From contig JAMOPX010000174.1 in assembly GCA_027064285.1 (NCBI GenBank), forward strand, positions 1 through 38,067: a stretch of 38,067 bases of DNA. Reading direction: 5' to 3'. The DNA comes from Desulfobacterales bacterium. Its GTDB lineage: Bacteria > Desulfobacterota > DSM-4660 > Desulfatiglandales > JALVZP01. Positions within the stretch are counted from its first letter, which is position 1. Every line of letters begins with the position of its first letter. A program made the translations under genes and the position numbers. The notes beneath the pieces were generated by a model. That model worked only from the letters and a program-made list of their open reading frames with translations, ran no database searches and was not told where the DNA came from. This document shows, piece after piece, positions 14,770 to 23,164 of this stretch.

Positions 14770-15984
14770 ATGTTCAAAAGACCTTTTTTTAAGCTGATTA
14801 AACCAAGGTTTAGATATGCTTCTTTAAAAGATGAGGTATCTGTTACTGAAATTTCTCTTCCAGACAAGGCTATCCTCTTATTAGAAAAAAGCGAAGTCAG
14901 ACCATCTGAACTACAGGGTTATATAGGTAAAAGAATTAAGACAGGCCAGATAATAAATCTTCGGGAAACAGATTTGGTTTCTCCTGTCACAGGTGTTGTT
15001 CTTAAGATTTCTCAGTATACTGGATATCTAAATGTCAGCTACTATGCCCTTCATATTCAAATAGAAGAAGATGAAATAGAAGCTCCTTCTGAGGATTATA
15101 TTCCTTATTCACTTCCTGGAATTAAAAATTTGAAGCTGCTGTTTGGTTTTAATCCTCCCATAAACCATGCTATTGTTATGGCAGTAGATACTGACCTATT
15201 AGTTACCACAAATCAGGTTTGTTTTAAAAACAGATTAGACCATATAAAAAATGGTATAAGCTTCATAACCCAAAGAGCCAAGATAGGAAATATAAGTTTT
15301 GTCCTATTTCCAGAGCTTATTAAGTATGCAGAAGAGCTTGAGTGCAAATACCATATCTTGAAATCAATATATCCTAATTCCCTGCCAAAGCTTATAGTTA
15401 AAGATATTTTAAAGAAACATATACCTGCTGGAAAAGAGCCAGAGGATATGGGTGTTGCTTTTTTGAGTTCTGAGGCGGTAGCAAATATGGGGGTTTTTTA
15501 TAGAGGAGAGTGGTCTTTTGATAAGTTCATAACTTTTATAGACAAAGATTATTCCATAACACACATCAAGGCAAGGATAGGTACTCCTATACATCATATC
15601 CTAAGTCAACTTGGTATTGAAATAGAGCAGGGGGACAGAATCATATTTGGCGGACCGATGAGAGGTAAAACTATTTATTCTCTTGATACACCTATTGATT
15701 ATGAAACAGATGCCATATTCATTCAAGATAGCTCAGAGATTATTTCTTATTCTGACACCCACTGCATAAACTGTGGAGAATGTATCAAGGTATGTCCTGT
15801 AAATGTTCCTGTAAACATGTTAGTGAGGCTCCTTGAAAATGGTCTTTTCGAAGAGGCTGCTAAACAGTATGGACTCCTTTCATGTATTGAATGTGGCCTA
15901 TGTAGTTATGTATGCATAGCACGAATCCCTGTTTTTCAGTACATTATGCTTGGAAAGTATGAGCTATCTAAGATGGGGGAATAA
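14770..15984 (+). CDS. rnfC: Rnf complex subunit C (divergent; retains 2x[4Fe-4S], NADH/FMN motifs not evident)
   Basis: GGPMRG motif and two ferredoxin-type clusters (CINCGECIKVCP, CIECGLCSYVC). It occupies the position ahead of rnfD. The canonical GGAGFP and ECEPY motifs are replaced by FGFNPP and VDTDLL. Confidence 0.8.
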   Translation: MFKRPFFKLIKPRFRYASLKDEVSVTEISLPDKAILLLEKSEVRPSELQGYIGKRIKTGQIINLRETDLVSPVTGVVLKISQYTGYLNVSYYALHIQIEEDEIEAPSEDYIPYSLPGIKNLKLLFGFNPPINHAIVMAVDTDLLVTTNQVCFKNRLDHIKNGISFITQRAKIGNISFVLFPELIKYAEELECKYHILKSIYPNSLPKLIVKDILKKHIPAGKEPEDMGVAFLSSEAVANMGVFYRGEWSFDKFITFIDKDYSITHIKARIGTPIHHILSQLGIEIEQGDRIIFGGPMRGKTIYSLDTPIDYETDAIFIQDSSEIISYSDTHCINCGECIKVCPVNVPVNMLVRLLENGLFEEAAKQYGLLSCIECGLCSYVCIARIPVFQYIMLGKYELSKMGE

Positions 15985-15985
15985 G

Positions 15986-16933
15986 ATGTCTGAACAAAAA
16001 TTGCTTATAGGTGCTCACGCCCCTTTTTGGCATACTGGGGACAGTATTACAAAAAAGAATCTGAATCTGATTATTGCTGCTCTTCCGGCAGCAATCTATG
16101 GTATATGGATGTATGGAATGCCAGCCCTAAGGGTTTTAACCCTGAGTGTTGGCTGTGCAATGCTTTGGGAATTGATAATGAATCTGATAATGAAAAGACC
16201 TATCTCCATAGGAGATGCAAGTGCTGCGTTTATAGGACTGGTTTTTGGGATGATGCTTCCTGCAACAGCTCCATTCTGGATTATACTTGTGGGCACATTT
16301 ATTGCTATAGTTGTGGGTAAACAGATATATGGTGGAATAGGATGCAATCCCTTTAATCCTGTTCTTGTGGCAATGGCAATGCTTTTGCTATCTTGGAAAG
16401 ATGTGATTGATTTTAATGCCGCTCTTGTAAACTACGACTTCGGATTTAATATGTTTTATCCTTTATCTGCAGTAAAGTCCTTTGGTGCATCAGCAGTCTC
16501 TAATTATAATCTACATTCTTTGTTTATGGGAAAGCAGGCAGGAGGAATAGGCGCTGTATTTGGAATAGGGCTTCTTATCGGCGGTGTCTATCTTATTCTT
16601 AGAGGCTATATAAAGTGGGAGATAAGTTTATCATTCCTCTTGGGCATATATATAACAGCATATCTGTTTCATATTCACAATCCTGAAAAATATGCAATTC
16701 CTCTATTTCACATTGTAACTGGCTATACATTGCTTGGGGCATTCTTTTTGGCTCCCGAAGATTCTTCTTCTCCTGTTAATCTGATACCCAAGATTATATA
16801 CGGCGCTGGTGCAGGAGTTTTGATTGTGCTTATAAGAAATATTGGGGCATTTGTGGATGGGACAGTATTTGCCATACTTATAATGAATGTGGCAAATCCT
16901 ATGTTTGATAAAATAAGGCCCAAGGTATTGTAG
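15986..16933 (+). CDS. rnfD: Rnf complex subunit D (integral membrane)
   Basis: Polytopic membrane protein in the NqrB/RnfD position. I prefer the ATG at 15986 (GGGGGA RBS, 1 nt after the rnfC stop) to the listed 15950 start. Confidence 0.85.
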   Translation: MSEQKLLIGAHAPFWHTGDSITKKNLNLIIAALPAAIYGIWMYGMPALRVLTLSVGCAMLWELIMNLIMKRPISIGDASAAFIGLVFGMMLPATAPFWIILVGTFIAIVVGKQIYGGIGCNPFNPVLVAMAMLLLSWKDVIDFNAALVNYDFGFNMFYPLSAVKSFGASAVSNYNLHSLFMGKQAGGIGAVFGIGLLIGGVYLILRGYIKWEISLSFLLGIYITAYLFHIHNPEKYAIPLFHIVTGYTLLGAFFLAPEDSSSPVNLIPKIIYGAGAGVLIVLIRNIGAFVDGTVFAILIMNVANPMFDKIRPKVL

Positions 16934-16944
16934 GGGGTTAAAAG

Positions 16945-17553
16945 ATGCGAGATATTTTAAAGCTATTCTTAGCTGTAACCATATTTAGTGCGATATCCGG
17001 TGGTCTTCTTGCGTTTGTAAGAAGTGCAACTCAGGCAAGAATAGAGTATCAGCAGCTCAAATTTGTAAAAGGCCCTACCTTAAAGGAGATAATGAAAGGG
17101 TGTCAGAATGATCCTATAGTGGATAGATTTAAAGTAAAATGTGGAAAAAAGGAGAAAACCATATTTGTTGGAGTATTTAATGGCAAACCAAAAGTAATTG
17201 CTTTAGAGGCCTTTGGAAAGGGGTTTCATGGTGATATAGGTGTTATGGTGGGAATAGATGTTACTACAGACAAGATTTTGGGTATTGGTGTTACCACACA
17301 TGGGGAGACCCCTGGGGTGGGATCCAGGGTAAAGACAGATCCAAGTTTTAGGACTCAATTTAAAGGTGTTTCTGTAAATGAATCAGTTAAGGTAAAGGCT
17401 GATGGAGGGCAGATTGATGCCGTTACAGGAGCAACCATATCATCCAGAGGTGTGTGTAAGGCTGTAAATAACGCATTGGCTTTGTATAAAAAACTAAAAC
17501 CAGAGATTTTAAAAAGACTTAAGAATTTTAAAAGCAAAAAACTAAGCTCTTAA
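16945..17553 (+). CDS. rnfG: Rnf complex subunit G (FMN-binding)
   Basis: N-terminal TM anchor and the flavinylation motif DAVTGATISSRG. Confidence 0.9.
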   Translation: MRDILKLFLAVTIFSAISGGLLAFVRSATQARIEYQQLKFVKGPTLKEIMKGCQNDPIVDRFKVKCGKKEKTIFVGVFNGKPKVIALEAFGKGFHGDIGVMVGIDVTTDKILGIGVTTHGETPGVGSRVKTDPSFRTQFKGVSVNESVKVKADGGQIDAVTGATISSRGVCKAVNNALALYKKLKPEILKRLKNFKSKKLSS

Positions 17554-17566
17554 AAGAGGGTGTGCT

Positions 17567-18160
17567 ATGGTAAAAAGGGCAGTTAATGAATTCGTAAAAG
17601 GATTGTGGGAAGAGATACCTCCTTTTAGATTAGTATTAGGGCTTTGTCCTACCTTAGCAGTAACAAAGACAGTAGAAAATGCCTTAGGGATGGGAATGGC
17701 GGTTATATTTGTGCTTACATGTTCAAATGTGATTGTTTCTGCTGTAAGGAATCTTATTCCAAAGCAGGTAAGGATTGCCTGTTTTATAGTGGTTATTGCC
17801 ACTTTTGTTACCATAGTTGAACTTGTTATGCAGGCATTTACCTATCCACTTTATTTGAAGCTTGGAATTTTTATACCTTTGATTGTGGTTAACTGTATTT
17901 TATTAGGCCGCGCAGAGGCATTTGCTTCTAAGAATGGAGTAATATACTCCCTTGCAGATGGTTTAGGAATTGGGATAGGCTATACCTTGGCCTTAAGTGC
18001 CCTTGCATCTATAAGAGAAATTTTTGGTTATGGCACCTTTTATCATATCTCTGTATTTGGTCCTTCTTTTAAGCCTTTTTCTTTCATGGTAAAGGCGCCT
18101 GGTGCATTTGTTTGCTTAGGGCTTATGCTCTGTATCATGAATATGTTCAAGAAAAAGTAA
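17567..18160 (+). CDS. rnfE: Rnf complex subunit E
   Basis: Six-TM NqrD/RnfE-type protein (LVLGLCPTLAVT, VVNCILLGRAEAFA). Confidence 0.9.
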   Translation: MVKRAVNEFVKGLWEEIPPFRLVLGLCPTLAVTKTVENALGMGMAVIFVLTCSNVIVSAVRNLIPKQVRIACFIVVIATFVTIVELVMQAFTYPLYLKLGIFIPLIVVNCILLGRAEAFASKNGVIYSLADGLGIGIGYTLALSALASIREIFGYGTFYHISVFGPSFKPFSFMVKAPGAFVCLGLMLCIMNMFKKK

Positions 18161-18173
18161 GAGGAGTAGGATC

Positions 18174-18752
18174 ATGGAAAGCTACATAGTCTTAGTAATA
18201 AGCTGTATATTTGTAAACAATATTCTTCTGATGCAATACTTGGGCAACTGCCCATTTCTTGGTGTTTCAAAGAGAATGGAAACTGCTGTTGGAATGGCAA
18301 TGGCAGTTATATTTGTACTTGTTATGGCTGGAGCTGTGACATGGGTAGTAAATTACTATATTCTCAAACCATATGATTTGGAATATCTGCGAACATTATC
18401 TTTTATTTTGGTTATTGCATCTCTTGTTCAATTAGTGGAAATGTTTCTTAAGAAAAACATTCCTGCTCTTTACGCTGGTCTTGGAATATATTTACCCCTT
18501 ATCACTACAAATTGTGCTGTCTTGGGCGTTTGTCTTATAAATATGAAAGAAGAATATGATTTTATCCATACTCTTGTTTCATCTTTCAGTTATGCAGCAG
18601 GATTTGGACTGGCACTTGTGCTTTTTGCTGCCATAAGAGAGAGAATACTTTTGGCAAGGGTTCCAAAACCTCTTCAGGATACATCTATTGGATTGGTTAC
18701 AGCAGGAATGCTTTCCTTAGCATTTTTTGGCTTCAAAGGTATGATCCATTAG
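18174..18752 (+). CDS. rnfA: Rnf complex subunit A
   Basis: Six-TM NqrE/RnfA-type protein (LGNCPFLGVS, ITTNCAVLGV). Confidence 0.9.
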   Translation: MESYIVLVISCIFVNNILLMQYLGNCPFLGVSKRMETAVGMAMAVIFVLVMAGAVTWVVNYYILKPYDLEYLRTLSFILVIASLVQLVEMFLKKNIPALYAGLGIYLPLITTNCAVLGVCLINMKEEYDFIHTLVSSFSYAAGFGLALVLFAAIRERILLARVPKPLQDTSIGLVTAGMLSLAFFGFKGMIH

Positions 18753-18772
18753 ATCAAGGGGGTGTATAAGAG

Positions 18773-20773
18773 ATGATAGAAGGCCTGTTAGTTATGGGAG
18801 GGCTTGGTGCAATATTAGGATTAGGTCTTGCTGTTGCTTCAAAGGTATTTTATGTATATGTGGACCCTAGGGTTGAGGCAGTAGAGGAGCTACTTCCCGG
18901 CGCAAACTGTGGCGGATGTGGTTTTCCTGGATGTAGCGCCAATGCAGAAGCTATTGTGGCAGGAAAGTCCTCGCCTGCATCCTGTGTTGCTGTAAGCCAA
19001 GAAGTTATTCAGCAGATAGCAGAAATTGTGGGGGCAAAGATAGAGCTAAAAGAGCCTGAAGTAGCTAAGCCCAATTGCAAGTATGGAGTTTTTGATGCAG
19101 ATAGAAAATATATATATGACGGAGTAAAAGATTGTCGAGCAGCGATTCTTATAAATGGTGGGGAAAAGGAATGTCCCATAGGATGCTTAGGGCTTGGCAC
19201 ATGTGTGAAGGCATGTCCTTTTGGCGCACTTTCCATAGGGCCTGATAGACTTCCAGTAGTAGATACAGAGCTATGTACAGGATGTGGAACATGTGAAAGG
19301 GTATGTCCAAAACAGATTATAAAACTTAGTTCAAATTCTTTGGCTATTGTTCATGAATATACTACTGAAGAGTGCACCGCACCTTGCCAAAGGGCATGTC
19401 CTGCAGGAATAGATATTCCTGGCTATATAAGAGCAATAAGAGATGGAAATTATAGCGAGGCTCTTATTATAATAAAAAGGTCAAATCCATTTCCGGGTGT
19501 ATGCGGAAGAATCTGTGTTCATCCATGCGAATATGAATGCAGAAGAAATCTTGTAGATGAAGCAGTGGCTATAAATCCTTTAAAGAGATTTGTTTCTGAT
19601 TGGGAAAGAGAAAAAGGTGTACATATACAAGTTCCAAGGGCTCCAGAGAGAGAAGAAAAAATTGCTATTATTGGAGGTGGTGTTGAAGGACTAACCTCTG
19701 CTTATCTTTTGAATCGATTAGGATATGAAACAAAGGTATATGAAGCTACTTCTAAGCTTGGTGGGATACTCTGGTTAGGTCTTCCAGAAAATAGGCTTCC
19801 AAGAGATGTTATTGAGTGGGATATAAATGGAATCTTAGATGCTGGAGTTCAAGTAGAATTGAATAAAGCATTAGGAAAAGATATTACCATAGAGTCTATT
19901 TTTAAAGAAGGATTTTCTGCGATAATGATAGCAACTGGTGGATGGGATATGAAAATGTATTTGTCAAGTTTGTTGCCCAATGGCTTCAGTCCACTTCCTG
20001 GAGTTCAACTTCTTTTAGATATTATATTGAGATCTAAAAAAGGAGAAGACATAGAATTGGGAGATTCTGTGCTGATTCTTGAAGGAGGAGAGGCCTCTTT
20101 GCAAGCAGCTGCTGTATGTAAAGAAAAAGGAGTAAAGAATGTGTATGTGATTTTTAGGGATTCAGATTTGGCAGCTACTCAAAAGGAAGGGATAGAGATC
20201 TTAAATCATACTGTTCTAACAAAGATGGGTGGAGTCGGAAATAAACTTAAGGAAGTGGAGATCTGTGAAATAACAGAAGAAGGAAAGGAAAAAGAAGGAA
20301 GTAGAAGGGTTATTCAGGTGGACACCATACTTATGGGAGCGGGTCGTTTTCCAGAATTGATATATGTTCTAAAACAAGACAGTGAAACAGAATGGGAGAC
20401 TGTGAGTCCATATGCAGGTCCTGAAGCAGAACAGGAGATCGGAATATTTAGGCCAGGTGAAGTAATAGCTGATTATAAGGCAGCAGTTGAGGCAATCGGA
20501 GCGGGTAGGAGAATGACAGCATCTATACACAATTTCCTTAGGGGTTTACCAGTTGAAGCACCAAAAAATATGCTTAAAAAGTACACCCAAGTATTGGATG
20601 TAGAGGATGTTCAAGGAGTAAAACCTGTGCCCAGAAAGAGAATGCCCAAAAGAAAAGAGAATGAGCTTGAAGATTCTTTTCTTGAGATTGAGCTTGGTTA
20701 TACAGAAGCAGAAGCAAGAGAAGAAGCGCAAAGATGTCTTCAGTGCGGGCTTATATGTTATAGAAAAAATTAA
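18773..20773 (+). CDS. rnfB: Rnf complex subunit B fused to polyferredoxin and a GltD/NfnB-like FAD/NAD(P)H oxidoreductase module
   Basis: N-terminal TM plus LPGANCGGCGFPGC (RnfB signature). 2x[4Fe-4S] (CVKACP, CTGCGTCERVCP). GltD-type Fe-S region CTAPCQRACPAGIDIPGYI...NPFPGVCGRICVHPCEYECRR. Rossmann fold KIAIIGGGVEGLTSAYLL...YEATSKLGG. 666 aa. Confidence 0.85.
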   Translation: MIEGLLVMGGLGAILGLGLAVASKVFYVYVDPRVEAVEELLPGANCGGCGFPGCSANAEAIVAGKSSPASCVAVSQEVIQQIAEIVGAKIELKEPEVAKPNCKYGVFDADRKYIYDGVKDCRAAILINGGEKECPIGCLGLGTCVKACPFGALSIGPDRLPVVDTELCTGCGTCERVCPKQIIKLSSNSLAIVHEYTTEECTAPCQRACPAGIDIPGYIRAIRDGNYSEALIIIKRSNPFPGVCGRICVHPCEYECRRNLVDEAVAINPLKRFVSDWEREKGVHIQVPRAPEREEKIAIIGGGVEGLTSAYLLNRLGYETKVYEATSKLGGILWLGLPENRLPRDVIEWDINGILDAGVQVELNKALGKDITIESIFKEGFSAIMIATGGWDMKMYLSSLLPNGFSPLPGVQLLLDIILRSKKGEDIELGDSVLILEGGEASLQAAAVCKEKGVKNVYVIFRDSDLAATQKEGIEILNHTVLTKMGGVGNKLKEVEICEITEEGKEKEGSRRVIQVDTILMGAGRFPELIYVLKQDSETEWETVSPYAGPEAEQEIGIFRPGEVIADYKAAVEAIGAGRRMTASIHNFLRGLPVEAPKNMLKKYTQVLDVEDVQGVKPVPRKRMPKRKENELEDSFLEIELGYTEAEAREEAQRCLQCGLICYRKN

Positions 20774-21213
20774 CTATTTGTAGAAAGTATTCTGGTCATA
20801 CGTATCTTGTATGCCTCTTTTTTGCGGAAGGATTTATCTATCTTTTTTAACAGATAAAAGCTAAGGATTAATAAAAAGAGTGCCCCTAATATAGAACCTA
20901 CACTTGAAGTAAGACCTATTCTGAGAGCAATCTGAGCGCCTTCATATGCTCCAAATAAAAGAGAAAAGATGGGCAATATGTAGACCAGAAATGCTATTTT
21001 TACTAATGAACCAGAAGGGACGCTTAGCTCTACTCTATCACCTACTTTTGCATTTAGAGTATTTTCCACCTCTATGAAAACTTCTTTATTTGAACCAAAA
21101 CTTACACCACATGTTCCTCGCGCAGAACAGTGTTTGCATGCAGCATCTCTTTCCACCTTAACTATTGCTTTTCCCTCTTTTATTTCTTCTACAATACCAT
21201 TTTCTGAAAGCAT
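20770..21213 (-). CDS. rseC: RseC/MucC-family protein (SoxR-reducing system component-like)
   Basis: GIVEEIKEGKAIVKVERDAACKHCSARGTCG cysteine motif followed by two TM helices. The ORF is open to 21297, but the M at 21213 (MLSENG...) gives the usual family length. The start is uncertain. Confidence 0.65.
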   Translation of the reverse strand: MLSENGIVEEIKEGKAIVKVERDAACKHCSARGTCGVSFGSNKEVFIEVENTLNAKVGDRVELSVPSGSLVKIAFLVYILPIFSLLFGAYEGAQIALRIGLTSSVGSILGALFLLILSFYLLKKIDKSFRKKEAYKIRMTRILSTNS

Positions 21214-21296
21214 GACTAAAATATATCCCTTAACTATCTCTTTTGCAAGCTCTATCTTCTTTTGCTTTCTTTTTCTTTTTGGTATCTTATAAAACA

Positions 21297-21941
21297 ATGA
21301 AAGAGAAACTTAAAGATATGTATAAAAAAATGTTATCTTTTTTTGGACCCCAGAACTGGTGGCCTGCAGATACTCCTCTTGAAGTAATGATAGGTGCTAT
21401 ATTAACCCAAAATACTAATTGGAAGAATGTAGAGAAGGCAATAAATAACTTAAAAGAAAAGGGGTTATTAGATATACTCAAAATTCATAAAATGCCTGAA
21501 CAGGAGCTTTCTCTTTTGATTAAATCTGCCGGTTATTTCAAAATAAAGGCAAAAAGGGTTAAAAATCTCATTTCACATATAGTTAAGAACTATAATGCAG
21601 ACTTGAATAAATTTTTTTCGCTTGATACTGAGTCTTTAAGACGCGAGCTTCTTTCTATAAAAGGTATAGGACCTGAGACAGCAGATAGCATTTTATTATA
21701 TGCTGCTCACAGACCTGTATTTGTAGTAGATGCCTATACTTTTAGGATAATGAAAAGACACAATATGATCTGGGATGATATTGGCTACGAGGAGCTACAA
21801 GAGCTGTTTATGAAAAACCTTCCTTGTGACGAGCAGTTATTTAATGAATTTCACGCACTAATAGTACAAACTGGTAAGCAGTTTTGTAAGAAAAAGCCGC
21901 TTTGTAAAGGTTGCCCTCTTGATGGCTGGCCAGAGCAATAG
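21297..21941 (+). CDS. Endonuclease III-related HhH-GPD superfamily protein
   Basis: ILTQNTNWKNVEKA, helix-hairpin-helix LLSIKGIGPETADSILLY, VVDAY, and a C-terminal Cys cluster CKKKPLCKGCPL. I prefer the ATG at 21297 to the listed 21243 start. Confidence 0.75.
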   Translation: MKEKLKDMYKKMLSFFGPQNWWPADTPLEVMIGAILTQNTNWKNVEKAINNLKEKGLLDILKIHKMPEQELSLLIKSAGYFKIKAKRVKNLISHIVKNYNADLNKFFSLDTESLRRELLSIKGIGPETADSILLYAAHRPVFVVDAYTFRIMKRHNMIWDDIGYEELQELFMKNLPCDEQLFNEFHALIVQTGKQFCKKKPLCKGCPLDGWPEQ

Positions 21942-21946
21942 CTTGG

Positions 21947-22492
21947 TTATACTTTCAGGATTCCCTTGACTCTCTCTGACACATCTTTTAAATCATTTTC
22001 ATTTGGTCTTCCTTTTATATTTCCCATTCGTCCAATTGTAGAGAAAGGGGTCAACTTTTTTGATCTATATTCTCCTACAAAATACCATTCAGCAATTATA
22101 GTAAATCCTAAATGATCAAAAAGTTGACCCATATATTTGACAGCGGGAATAGCTTCATTTATACCTGTATGCACTCCACCATATGTACAGTAGAGTACGG
22201 CCTTCTTGTTTGACCTTCTTGGTGCGGCAGGTTTGATTTCCCCTTTTTCAAAATACTTCCACAGCATCTTTGTGAAAAATTCTTGTATTGGTTTTCCTGG
22301 AAGCCATTGATAGACTCCTGAACCTGCAAATACAAAATCATAGCTCAGTAGTTCTATATCTATATCACTACTTTCCTTAGTAATCCTAATTGTTTCTACT
22401 TCATGCTCTTCTTTCTTTGCTGTTTCACTTATAACATTGGCTATCTTTTCTGTATTTCCTGTGGCAGAATAATAAATGTTTAAAATTTTCAT
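21947..22492 (-). CDS. Flavodoxin-family protein
   Basis: N-terminal FMN phosphate loop MKILNIYYSATGNTEKIA. AAGGAGG RBS. Confidence 0.75.
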   Translation of the reverse strand: MKILNIYYSATGNTEKIANVISETAKKEEHEVETIRITKESSDIDIELLSYDFVFAGSGVYQWLPGKPIQEFFTKMLWKYFEKGEIKPAAPRRSNKKAVLYCTYGGVHTGINEAIPAVKYMGQLFDHLGFTIIAEWYFVGEYRSKKLTPFSTIGRMGNIKGRPNENDLKDVSERVKGILKV

Positions 22493-22585
22493 CTTTTCCT
22501 CCTTGTTTGTCTTGACTTAGAATATGTTCAGATAATAATATATATTATTCTATTATGGAAGCCTAAACATGAGGAAGAAAGAGCT

Positions 22586-22867
22586 ATGAATAAGTCACAA
22601 ATTATCAAAAAGCTGGCAGAGTCTCAAGGATTGCCTGTCTCAAAGGCAGAAGAAGTGGTTAATACATTCTTTGGGGAAATAGAAAGGGCATTTTTTAATT
22701 CTGAAAGGGTAGAGATCAGAGGTTTTGGTAGTTTCAAGATAAAGTATTACAAAGGATATAAAGGCAGAAATCCCAAAACCGGCGAGACGATCGAGGTTAA
22801 GCCTAAAAAGCTACCTTTTTTTAAGGTGGGAAAAGAACTCAAAAAAAGAGTGGATAGACAAGAATGA
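22586..22867 (+). CDS. HU/IHF-family DNA-binding protein (IHF-beta-like)
   Basis: 93 aa with the characteristic arm RGFGSFKIKYYKGYKGRNPKTGETIEVKPKKLPFFKVGKELK. Confidence 0.85.
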   Translation: MNKSQIIKKLAESQGLPVSKAEEVVNTFFGEIERAFFNSERVEIRGFGSFKIKYYKGYKGRNPKTGETIEVKPKKLPFFKVGKELKKRVDRQE

Positions 22868-22872
22868 TTTTT

Positions 22873-23139
22873 TTGGCCGTGCTAGGCGGGGAGTTAGCGG
22901 TTCCCTGTACCCGAAATCCGCTTATGCGGGGCCGAATGCCCTATGAGGTCTGCCGCAGGAGATCTTTTTCTGTCTCAGGAGATGGTAGTAGCCCCATGCG
23001 ACAGGTCTCTTACGAACCCCGTCAGGCCCGGAAGGGAGCAGCGGTAAGTAAGTAGGCCTGTGCCATGGAAGGAGCTACCATTTATCCTGGGGCAGGAAAG
23101 GTCTACTGTGAGGCAGATCGAGTAGGGATGCACGGCCAA
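22873..23139 (+). ncRNA. ffs: Signal recognition particle RNA, long (Bacillus-type, Alu-domain-containing) form
   Basis: The 5' Alu-domain sequence ggccgtgctaggcggggagttagcggttccctgtacc...ggggccgaatgcc closely parallels B. subtilis scRNA. Conserved domain IV motif gtcaggcccggaagggagcagc. The 3' end gcacggccaa pairs with the 5' end. It is a GC-rich island. Confidence 0.9.
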
Positions 23140-23164
23140 TCTTCAATCTTAATGACCTTCCTTT

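Noticed and set aside
15950-15985. N-terminal extensions in the ORF track: rnfD from 15950, the EndoIII-like gene from 21243, EF-G from 29335 and hsp20 from 29837.
   Set aside because: Downstream starts have proper RBS spacing and give family-typical N-termini. The extensions overlap upstream genes, a terminator or the RBS itself.
22864-23055. 63-aa ORF overlapping the end of the HU/IHF gene.
   Set aside because: It lies entirely within the SRP RNA gene and is an artefact of a GC-rich structured RNA.
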